Shown here: in pieces, positions 19,133-28,200 of the stretch
Position numbering within the stretch: the first letter of the stretch is position 1
Layout: every line of letters begins with the position of its first letter
Source of the DNA: a bacterium
GTDB lineage: Bacteria; UBA8248
Assembly (NCBI GenBank): GCA_965213685.1
Contig: CBDBZY010000005.1
Coordinates: forward strand, 1 to 64,000
DNA: 64,000 nucleotides
Reading direction: 5' to 3'
Notes under the pieces: generated by a model
The model's input: only the letters and a program-made list of their open reading frames with translations
The model's database searches: none
What the model was told of the DNA's origin: nothing
Program-made: the position numbers and the translations under genes

Positions 19133-20442
19133 CGGGGGACGCCGCGCGCCTGGCGATACTCTCGATGCACACCGACCCGCTCGCCCCCCTGGGAGGCGAC
19201 CTGACGGGAGGCATGAACGTCTACGTGCGCGAGATCGCCTGCGCACTCGGGGCGCTCGGCCTCCCCGCGGACGTCTTCACCCGCCGGGAATCGGACGCTC
19301 TCGACGCGCAAGCCCCCCTCGGGGGCGGCAGCCGCCTCATCCGGGTCGGGGCGGGCCCCGCGAGAAAACTCGACAAGGACGCGCAGCGCGCCCGGGTCGG
19401 CGCGTTCGCCCGGAAGATTCTCGCGTTCGCGGACGAAAACCGGACCCGCTACGACGGGGTTTCCGCGCACTACTGGCTCTCCGGTCTCGCCGGCGAGACG
19501 CTCGCCCAGAGGTGGGGGGTTCCCCTCGCCCTGCGCTTTCATACCCTGGCCGCACTCAAAAACGAGGCGCTACCCGCCGGGAGCAGGCTGGAGTCGGCCG
19601 CCCGGCTCGCGGCCGAGCCCAGGCTCGCGCGGGCGGTGGACGCGATTTTCGTCTCATCCCCCGCCGAGGCGCGCGCCCTGGAGGAGAAATTCGGCGCGGC
19701 GGGGGGCCACGTCATCCCCTGCGGGGTGGACCTCGGGAGGTTCCGGCCCCACCCGAAGCCCCGCGCGCGCGCCCGGCTGGGGCTCGCGGCGGACGGCGCC
19801 TACGTCCTGAGCGTGGGCCGCGTCGAGCGCGTCAAGGGAATCGACCGCCTGATAGAGGCCTTCGCCGCCATGGCCCGCGCGCGCCCGGGGATTGCGGCGC
19901 GCCTCCTGCACGTCGGGGGCGAGATACGGCAGGGGGCGCGAAGGACGGGGGAATCCTATCGCGCCCGGGATTTCGCCTCGCCCGCGCAGGGGGCGGAAAT
20001 CCTGCGCCTCGAGCGCCTCGCGCACCGCCTGGGCGTGGGCGGGCGCGTCGCCTTCCTGGGCGCCAGGCCACAGGAGGAGCTCCCCCTTTTCTACTCCGCC
20101 GCCGATCTGCTCGCCCTCCCCTCGCGCTACGAGAGCTTCGGCATCGCGGCGTTGGAGGCGGCCGCGTGCGGGCTGCGCACCCTCGCCTTCGACGTGGGCG
20201 GCGTCTCCCGGGCGGTGCGCGCGGGTCAGAGCGGCCATCTCGTCCCCGACGGGGACACGCCCGCCTACGCCCGAAAGATGCGGGAGATGCTGGAGGGCGA
20301 ACGCGGCCGGCCGCGCCGCGAGGCGCTGGCCTGGGCGGAGGCGTTCTCCTGGGAGCGGATAGCGGAGGCGGAGCGCAAGGTATGGAGGAACCTGATGCGA
20401 AAGCGGGCGCGCCCCGAGGCGGCGGTGCCCGACATCCCATAA
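19129..20442 (+). CDS. GT4 glycosyltransferase, MshA-like
   Basis: SMHTDPLAPLGGDLTGGMNVYV and HYWLSG resemble the MshA N-terminus; PSRYESFGIAALEA. Confidence 0.85.
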   Translation: MTGDAARLAILSMHTDPLAPLGGDLTGGMNVYVREIACALGALGLPADVFTRRESDALDAQAPLGGGSRLIRVGAGPARKLDKDAQRARVGAFARKILAFADENRTRYDGVSAHYWLSGLAGETLAQRWGVPLALRFHTLAALKNEALPAGSRLESAARLAAEPRLARAVDAIFVSSPAEARALEEKFGAAGGHVIPCGVDLGRFRPHPKPRARARLGLAADGAYVLSVGRVERVKGIDRLIEAFAAMARARPGIAARLLHVGGEIRQGARRTGESYRARDFASPAQGAEILRLERLAHRLGVGGRVAFLGARPQEELPLFYSAADLLALPSRYESFGIAALEAAACGLRTLAFDVGGVSRAVRAGQSGHLVPDGDTPAYARKMREMLEGERGRPRREALAWAEAFSWERIAEAERKVWRNLMRKRARPEAAVPDIP

Positions 20443-20460
20443 ACGAGAAGGAAAACGGCA

Positions 20461-21153
20461 GTGAACCATGCGGAATTTCAGGAAATACTGATCATCGTCG
20501 CCCATCCGGACGATGCGGAACTCTCCGCCGGGGGCAGCATCGCCCGCTGGACGGCGGAGGGTGCCACCGTGCGCACCGTCGTCTGCACGAACGGCGACAA
20601 GGGCACGAAAGAGGACATCACCCCCTTCGACCTCGCCAAGATGCGCGAGGCGGAGCAGCTCGCGGCCTCGGAGATACTGGGCGTCAAGGAAACCCTGTTT
20701 CTGCGGCACCGCGACGGGGAACTCGAGGATACGCGCGCGCTCCGGAACCAGTTCGCCTTCCTGATCCGCCACTTCCGGCCCGACACCATCCTCACCCACG
20801 ACCCCTGGCGCACACACTACCAGCACCCCGACCACCAGGCCATCGGCCACGCCACCTTCAAGGCGGTGGTCTATGCGCGGGATCACCATTTTCTGCCCGA
20901 GCTCACCTACGCCGGCATCGGCGCGCACCACACGAGGAACCTGCTCTATACCAACACGCTCCAGCCGAACTTCTTCGTGGACATCTCGGACACCTTCGAG
21001 AAGAAGGTTCGCGCGGTGTGCGCGCACAAATGCCAGATACAGAACCCCGCGCAGTTTGAAAAGCGGATGCGCGAGCGCCTGACGGACGCCGGACGCCTCG
21101 CGGGCGTGCCGATGGCGGAGCCCTTCACCATCACGCGGATGCGAAAGGGCTGA
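20461..21153 (+). CDS. PIG-L family N-acetylglucosaminyl deacetylase (MshB/BshB-like)
   Basis: AHPDDAE, TNGDKG, HPDH, AHKCQ. Confidence 0.9.
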   Translation: MNHAEFQEILIIVAHPDDAELSAGGSIARWTAEGATVRTVVCTNGDKGTKEDITPFDLAKMREAEQLAASEILGVKETLFLRHRDGELEDTRALRNQFAFLIRHFRPDTILTHDPWRTHYQHPDHQAIGHATFKAVVYARDHHFLPELTYAGIGAHHTRNLLYTNTLQPNFFVDISDTFEKKVRAVCAHKCQIQNPAQFEKRMRERLTDAGRLAGVPMAEPFTITRMRKG

Positions 21154-21168
21154 GAGGGGCGCGCGCGC

Positions 21169-22272
21169 ATGACCGCCGGGACGCCCGAGGCCGCCGCAGG
21201 CCAGCACATCATGGCCGGCTTTGAGGGGGTGGCCGCTCCTCCCGCACTCCTCGCGCGCGTCCGCGGGGGCGAGGTCGGCGGGGTCATCCTCTTCCGGAGA
21301 AACATCGAGTCCGCCGCGCAGGTCGCCGCACTCGCCGCCGCCCTGCAGGAGGCCGCCCGCGCCTCGCCCACGGGGTGCCCGCTGCTGGTGGGAATCGACC
21401 AGGAGGGCGGGCGCGTGAACCGCCTCTCCGCCGATTTCACCACCTTTCCGGCGGCACGGAGGTTCGGCGACGCAGGCGACCCCGCCCTCGCGCGGGAGGC
21501 CGCCCGCATCACCGGGGCGGAACTCCGCGCCGTCGGCGTGAACGTCAACTTCGCACCCGTCCTGGACGTCCTGTCGAACCCGGCGTGCGGCGTCATCGGC
21601 GACCGCGCCTTCGGAGCCTCCCCCGAGGTCGTCGGGCGCATGGGGACGGCGGCGGCGGCCGGCCTCCGGGAGGCGGGCGTGGCCGCCTGCGCCAAGCATT
21701 TCCCCGGCATCGGCGACATGGCGCCTGACCCGCACGAGACGCTGCCCGTCTCCTCCCTCTCGCTCGATGACCTGAGGGCGCGCGAGCTGCTGCCCTTTCG
21801 GCGTCTCCTGGCCCGGGAGTCGCCCGCCGGCGTCATGACGGCCCACGCCGTCTACCGGAAAATGGACGGGACGGCGCCCGCGAGCCTCTCGCCCGGGTTC
21901 ATCGGAGGGCTGCTGCGCGGCGAACTCGGCTTCGGCGGCGTGGCGTTCACGGACGACCTCGACATGGGCGCGATAGAAGACCCCGCCGACGCCGCCCTGC
22001 GCGCCATAGGCGCAGGCGCCGACATCGCCCTCATCTGCCATTCGGAAGACGCGCAAGGAGAGGCCTGGGAGGCGGTCGCCCGCGCTTTGCGCACAGGCGA
22101 GATTCCCCCCGACCGGGAGGCGGCGTCCGCAGCCCGGATAGGAAAACTCAAGGAGGCCTGCCGCCGCCCGAGCCGCTCGGAGCCGGCGGCCGTCCGAGGC
22201 GTCGTCGGCTGTGCTGCTCACCGGAGTGCGCGAGAGAGAATCATCTCCCGAATAGCCGCAGCGGGCGGGTGA
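21169..22272 (+). CDS. nagZ: Beta-N-acetylhexosaminidase (GH3)
   Basis: GVILFRRN, IDQEGGRVNR, NFAPVLD, KHFPGIG...DPH, FTDDLDMGA. Confidence 0.9.
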   Translation: MTAGTPEAAAGQHIMAGFEGVAAPPALLARVRGGEVGGVILFRRNIESAAQVAALAAALQEAARASPTGCPLLVGIDQEGGRVNRLSADFTTFPAARRFGDAGDPALAREAARITGAELRAVGVNVNFAPVLDVLSNPACGVIGDRAFGASPEVVGRMGTAAAAGLREAGVAACAKHFPGIGDMAPDPHETLPVSSLSLDDLRARELLPFRRLLARESPAGVMTAHAVYRKMDGTAPASLSPGFIGGLLRGELGFGGVAFTDDLDMGAIEDPADAALRAIGAGADIALICHSEDAQGEAWEAVARALRTGEIPPDREAASAARIGKLKEACRRPSRSEPAAVRGVVGCAAHRSARERIISRIAAAGG

Positions 22273-22857
22273 GCCCGGCAATCCGCCCCTCCTCCCCGGG
22301 GACTCCCCGGCGGCGCCGCGCGAGGAGACCTGCTCTCACACGTGGAAGCGCACGTGCATGACGTCGCCGTCGCGCACCACGTAGTCCCTGCCCTCCAGCC
22401 GGAGCGTCCCCACCTCTCGGGTGCGGGCGAGGGAGCCCGCCGCCATGAATCGGAAGACGCGCAAGGAGAAGCCTGGGAGGCGGTCGCCCGCGCTTTGCGC
22501 ACAGGCGAGATTCCCCCCGACCGGGAGGCGGCGTCCGCAGCCCGGATACGAAAACTCAAGGAGGCCTGCCGCCGCCCGAGCCGCTCGGAGCCGGAAGCCG
22601 TCCGCAGCGTCGTCGGCTGCGCGGCTCACCGGAGGGTGCGAGAGAGGATCATCTCCCGAATATCCGCAGCGGGCGGGTGAACCCGGCAATCCGCCCCTCC
22701 TCCCCGGGGACTCCCCGGCGGCGCCGCGCGAGGAGACCTGCGCTCACACGTGGAAGCGCACGTGCATGACGTCGCCGTCACGCACCACGTAGTCCCTGCC
22801 CTCCAGCCGGAGCGTCCCCAACTCTCGGGCGCGGGCGAGGGAGCCCGCCGCCATGAA
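22042..22857. repeat. 408-bp tandem duplication (22042-22449 / 22450-22857) of the nagZ 3' end, intergenic spacer and ychF 3' end
   Basis: Copies align at constant offset 408 with about 17 substitutions; creates pseudo-ORFs 22342-22680 and 22336-22689. Confidence 0.93.
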
Positions 22858-23805
22858 ATCCTCGTAGGAGACCACCTCCGCGCGGATGAAGCCGCGCTCG
22901 AGATCGGAGTGAATCGTCCCTGCCGCGCGCAGGGCGGTGCTGCCCGCGCGAACCGGCCAGGCGCGCACCTCGTCCTCCCCCACGGTGAAGAAGCAGCGCA
23001 GGCCCAGCAGCGCGAAGGACGCCCGCACCACCCTGTCCAGGGCGGAGGCCTCCAGGTCGTAGTCCGCGAGAAACGCCGCCCTGTCCGCATCGGGAAGCCG
23101 GGCGAGCTCCTCCTCGAGCCGCGCGGCGAGTGCGACCGGGGCGGGGTCAGCCTCCAGGCCGGCGAAGGCGGCGGCACCCTCCGCCAGCTGCTCCTCCCCG
23201 ACGTTCGCCACCACCAGGAGGGGCTTGGCGGACAGGAACCCGAACCCCCTGGTCGCGCGCGCCTCCTCCGCCTCCATCTCCAGGGAGAGGACGGGCCGCC
23301 CCTCCTCGAGAGCCGCCCGCAACCTCTCCATCAACGCGGACTCGAGCGCCTCGGCGGGGTCTTTCCGCACCCGCGCCATCTTCTCCAGACGCTCCAGGCG
23401 ACGTTCGACCACCGCGAGGTCGCGCAGGATCAAATCCGCGCGGACGTTTCGCAGATCGCGCACCGGGTCCGTCCGCCCGGCGGGATGCGGCACGCCCGCG
23501 TCCTCGAACGCGCGCACCACGATGATGAGCGCGTCCGCCCCCTCGAGTGCCTGGGGAATCGCCTCGGCACGCCCGGAGGCCGCGTCGCCCACGCCGGGGG
23601 CGTCCACGAAATTGACGGTGGCATGCGTCGTCTTGCGGGGGCGGAAAACGCCGCCCAGCGCGTCCACCCGCGCGTCGGCCACTTGTGCCGCGCCCAGGTT
23701 CGCCCGCGACGCCCCGTATCCGCCCGTCGAGGCGGCTCCTCCCGTGAGGGCGTTGAACAGGGTCGTCTTGCCGCTGGCGGCCAGGCCGATGATTCCGATG
23801 CGCAC
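22744..23805 (-). CDS. ychF: Redox-regulated ATPase YchF
   Basis: GLAASGKTTLFNALT, FFTVGEDEVRAW, IHSDLERGFIRAEV, RLEGRDYVVRDGD. Confidence 0.95.
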   Translation of the reverse strand: MRIGIIGLAASGKTTLFNALTGGAASTGGYGASRANLGAAQVADARVDALGGVFRPRKTTHATVNFVDAPGVGDAASGRAEAIPQALEGADALIIVVRAFEDAGVPHPAGRTDPVRDLRNVRADLILRDLAVVERRLERLEKMARVRKDPAEALESALMERLRAALEEGRPVLSLEMEAEEARATRGFGFLSAKPLLVVANVGEEQLAEGAAAFAGLEADPAPVALAARLEEELARLPDADRAAFLADYDLEASALDRVVRASFALLGLRCFFTVGEDEVRAWPVRAGSTALRAAGTIHSDLERGFIRAEVVSYEDFMAAGSLARARELGTLRLEGRDYVVRDGDVMHVRFHV

Positions 23806-23866
23806 GTCCGGACTCCTCGGAGCACTCCACGAAACGGGCGGGGGCGGGGGCGCCCGCCGCCGCGCG

Positions 23867-24637
23867 TCAACGCGCGTCCGCCTCCCGGGCGAAGGCGCGC
23901 GCCTCCTCCACGAAGCGCGCGAAAAGACGCGCAGCCCCGCCGCTGTCCCCGTAGCCGTAGGCCGACATGGATTCGGGGTGCCACTGCACCCCCACGACGA
24001 ACCGGCGGGAGGGGCATTCGACCGCCTCGACGACGCCGTCGGGCGCCCGGGCGGAGACGCGCACGCCGGCGACCGCCTCGCGCGCGCTCTGGTGGTGGTG
24101 GCTGTTCACCACCGACGCAGCACCGAGAACCTCCCGGAGGAGGGAGGGGCCGACCGCTATCTCGTGGAACGTGTAGGTGCGCGCCTCGCCCTCCGCCGGC
24201 CGGTGGGACAGGGCGCCCTCCACCTGGGAGGGGATGTCCTGGTAGAGCGTCCCGCCCGCCGCGATGTGGATGACCTGCATCCCGCCGCAGATGCCGAGCA
24301 CGGGCATGTCGCGGGACATCGCCCCCCGGCACGCCGCCATCTCCGCCGTCTCGCGCCTGGGGTTTGAGGGGCTGCACTCGCGCCGCCGCTCCTCCCCGTA
24401 GAGGGCCGGGTCGAGGTCGTGCCCGCCGCCGGAGATGATCAGCCCGTCCACGCTCTCGAGGGCGGCCGCACAGGCGGACGCATCCGCCGCCGCCGGCAGC
24501 AGGAGCGGCGTCCCGCCCGCCCGGATCACGCATTCCACGTAGGCGTCCATCAGCACGTGACGGGGGCGCACCTCGGGTGCTTCGGGAAAATTCCGCTTCC
24601 CCACGTCGCAGGTGATTCCGATTCTCGGCCGCCTCAT
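23867..24637 (-). CDS. Gamma-glutamyl-gamma-aminobutyrate hydrolase family (peptidase C26, class I glutamine amidotransferase)
   Basis: PVLGICGGMQ, GGTLYQDI, NSHHHQ, GVQWHPE. Confidence 0.92.
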   Translation of the reverse strand: MRRPRIGITCDVGKRNFPEAPEVRPRHVLMDAYVECVIRAGGTPLLLPAAADASACAAALESVDGLIISGGGHDLDPALYGEERRRECSPSNPRRETAEMAACRGAMSRDMPVLGICGGMQVIHIAAGGTLYQDIPSQVEGALSHRPAEGEARTYTFHEIAVGPSLLREVLGAASVVNSHHHQSAREAVAGVRVSARAPDGVVEAVECPSRRFVVGVQWHPESMSAYGYGDSGGAARLFARFVEEARAFAREADAR

Positions 24638-24907
24638 ATCCGCGCTTTCCCTCCCCCCTCTCCCCCGCCGCCTCGGGGGATGACAAAGATGCGCACAACA
24701 AACCCCCCGCGCACCCTTACCAGGTTCCCGCCGCACGGCACAGGGGACGGGAGAGCCATCATACGGCAAACGGGGGGCGGAATCACGCACCGGGGGGGGG
24801 GGTGCGCGGAGCGGGAGGGAGGGAGGAGGGTGGATTGCCGCACCCGCACGCCTTATAGTCCGGTAGTCCGCATATCGTCCCCCCGGCGGGAGGAGGAGGC
24901 AAACCCC

Positions 24908-25270
24908 TTGCTTCGCATGTATCTCACGCGCCTGGTGCTACCCGTTCTGCTCGTGGCGGCGACCCTGGCTGTGCCCTTCGTCTGGCTGCCCGAGGTCGCC
25001 CCGCCCGCCGGGGAGTCCCCCCCCTCCTCCGTCGCCCGAACGGCCTCCCGCCCGGACGCGCCCCTCTCGCCCGCCCGCGCCACGCCCTTCCAGCGGGCGA
25101 TGACGGTCGGCTTCGCCCTCATCCTGGCGTCGGTGACCGCCGGCGGCTGGATGCTCTACCGCATCACGCGCGCGCAGACGGCGGGCTGGCGGCGGCGCTT
25201 CGCTCCCCCCGGCCGGCGGCGGGGGCGCGCCCTCATTCGGGGGCGAGGGCGGGCGGCAGGGCGTCGATGA
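24908..25270 (+). CDS. Hypothetical two-TM membrane protein
   Basis: Strong GGAGGAGG RBS before TTG; two hydrophobic segments; 3' end overlaps the convergent RM gene. Confidence 0.45.
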   Translation: MLRMYLTRLVLPVLLVAATLAVPFVWLPEVAPPAGESPPSSVARTASRPDAPLSPARATPFQRAMTVGFALILASVTAGGWMLYRITRAQTAGWRRRFAPPGRRRGRALIRGRGRAAGRR

Positions 25271-28200
25271 CGCGGGCGGTCTCGACGCCCAGGTGGACGG
25301 CGCGCCGGAGGGCGGCTATCAGGTCGCGCGGGTCGTCGAACCAGCCGTTCGGGTCGTTCGCGATGCCGCTTTCCTTGTCCTTCCTGAACCGGTAGCGGTC
25401 GACGAGCCATTCCAGCGGGGTGCGCCCGTTGACGGCGTATCGGTGGGCCTCCGCAGGAACGCCGCGCAGGCGGATGTGGTCGTTCACGACGAGGGTCGTC
25501 CGCTCCTCCTTGTCGGCGAAGCGCATCTGCTTCCCGATGCGGTAGTGTGCGGGCCGCGCCTCCCCCCGGCCCGTGAAGACGACCTCCAGCGGATACTCCG
25601 CGCAGGTCTCGTAGCCGAGGTGGAGTGCGGCGAGCGCGCGCCCGGCGTCGGCGAAGGCGCGGAAATCAGGCGCTAAGGGCGCCCTCGGCAACTCCTTGGC
25701 GAGGTCGTTGGCGAAGCGCGCGCGGAAGTCCGGGGCGTGGAGGACGCCGTAGACGTAATCGAACACGTCGTCCTTGCTGATTCGATTGTCCGCATAATGC
25801 GCGCGAAATTTGCGCAGCGCCGCATCCGAGATGTTGTCCACCCGCTCCAGCCGCTTCTCCGTTCCCGGCAGGGCGCCCTGGGCGTCCTCCGGCGCCTGAT
25901 ACCGCCAGCGGGGGAAACACTGGCCAAACGCCATAAAATGCAGGTCCGGCATGGCGTCCACCATGAGAGCGGAGAAGGGCGTTTTGGCGCTTTTGCCGGA
26001 GACGCAGATGGCGCGGTTTGCGCTGCCGGCGTCCGGGAAGATGCTGTCCTGTCGATACTTTCTGTGCACCAGCACGTAGTCGACGTAGCAGTGCTGCTTC
26101 ACGAAGGGGCGATACTGCGTCCTCCACACGCGCCCGGGAGCGTACGCCGCCGCCGTCTTGCCCTGCCGCAGGTTGTTCCTCAGGTTCTCATCCCACCGGA
26201 CGTGGGCGGCGTGGCGGCGGGCGATCTCCTCCGCGTCGCCCCCCGTCCGCTCCAGCTCCCGCAGGGCGGCGGCGTAGTCTCCCACCATCCGGCGGGCGTT
26301 CTCCGCACACGCGGTGCGGGAGAAGTTGTAGATGTAGGCGTCTCTGCCAGTCGCGTACCCAAGGCTGAACAGACGGAAAATCGCGTCGTCCGCCCGGCGC
26401 GCCTTGGCTTTTTTCGTGCCCATCGGGAGGAGCGCCTGATAGGCCTCCGCACGCTGCCCGATCCAGTCGTGATGCCGGTCGGGCGCAATCTCCCGCCAGT
26501 CCTCGATTCCGGCGATCGACCCGGCCTCCCGGAGGATGGCGAGCTTCTCCTCCCGCTTGAGATAGTCCCCAATATTGTGGTATAATGGTGGATTTGCTTG
26601 CTTGCTTGCTTGCTTGCTTAGCGGACGGCGGACGAGGATGGTGATGGCCACCGGAACGCGCACGTCGAACACGTTGCCGCCCTCCCGCTTGGAAACTTCT
26701 CCCTGCGTGTGCAGATTCCCCCGCAGATTCAGGACGTATATCTTGTCGAACTCCTCGGCGAGGCACGCCCGCACCCCGGAATCGCCGTTGCCGTCTATCC
26801 AGGAGCCGTTGGTGACGAAGGCGACGACGCCCCCCTCCTTCTTCCCGATGCGGTCGGACGCCCAGCGGATCGCCATCTTGTAGCTGTCATACAGATACTT
26901 TTTGAGGGTCGCATCCGATCGGGCCGCGTAGGTCTGCCGGATGCGCTCGCTCATCTCCGGGTAGAAGACGTTCTGGTTGTCGTCCGCCGCGCTCTTCTGC
27001 CCCGCCGACCAGGGCGGGTTGCCGACTATCACCTGTATCTGCGCCTGCTGCTGCCGCTCGACGCGCGCGCTGTTGTCCGGCAGCCAGTCCTTCGGGAAGC
27101 CCGTCCGCTCGGTGTGCAGGTTGAAGGTGTCGGTGAGGACGACGCCCCGGAAGGGCTCGTAGGCGGCGCCGGCGCCCATGCGTCCGTGAAAGGCCTCCTC
27201 GATGTGGATCGCCGCAATGTAGTAGGCGAGCAGGACTATCTCGTTGGCGTGCAGCTCGTCGCGGTATTTTCGCGTCAGGTCCTCCTCCCGAATCAGCCCC
27301 GACTGCAGCAGGCGCACCAGGAAGACGCCGGTGCCCGTGAACGGGTCGAGCACGCGGACGCCCGCATCGCTCAGGGAGCGGCCGAACTCCGCGCGCAGGA
27401 CATGATCCGCGCTGTGAAGGAGGAAGTCCACAATCTCGGTCGGCGTGTAGACGATGCCGAGCTTCTCCGCCTCCTTCCTCATGGCGGTGCGGAAGAAATT
27501 CTCGTACAGCTCCATCAGCACGCGCTGGCGCGCCTCGGCGTTGTCCAGCCCCCGGGCGCGGTTGCGCACGCTCTCGTAGAAGGGCTTCATCTCCCGCAGC
27601 TCGCCCTCGAGGCCGAACTCGGCGAAATCCTCCCGCAGATTGTCGAGCGCCTGCGAGACGGGGTTGCCGGCGGCGAAGTCGTAGCCCTCGAACAGCGCCT
27701 CGAACACGGGGCGGGTGAGGATGTGCTGGGCCATCATGTCCACGGCGCTCTGGCGGGTGATGGACTCATTGATGGACTCGCGCAGCGCCTTGTGGAAAGC
27801 GCCGAACCACTCGCACAGAAACTCGTTGCCGGGGGTTTCCAGCAGGCACTCGATGCGGGCGACGAGGCGCGCGAAGATGTCCGCCACGTCCTTCGCCCAG
27901 CTCTCCCAGTACCTGCGGTCGCCGCACCGCTCGACGATCTTCGCGTAGATCGCCCCGGGCGGGACGTCCACCGGCGGGAAGGGCAGGGGCTGCTCGGACT
28001 CGTCGCCGCCAAATTCGGAATCGTCGCCGCCGCCAAATATGATGCGATCGCTCCGATTCTCGTTCAGGTCGATCTGGTTGATCTCGGCGTTGAACCGCTC
28101 ATCGTGCGCGCGCAGGGCGTTGAGCACCTGCCAGACCACCTCGAACTGGGCGTTGCGGTCCAGGGCACGAACCGGGTCCGCACCCGGCGGAATCGCCACC

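Noticed and set aside
22336-22689. Small ORFs 22342-22680 and 22336-22689 as real genes
   Set aside because: Chimeric by-products of the tandem duplication
22042-22857. Duplication as a DGR template/variable repeat pair
   Set aside because: Differences are not confined to adenines and no reverse transcriptase is in the window
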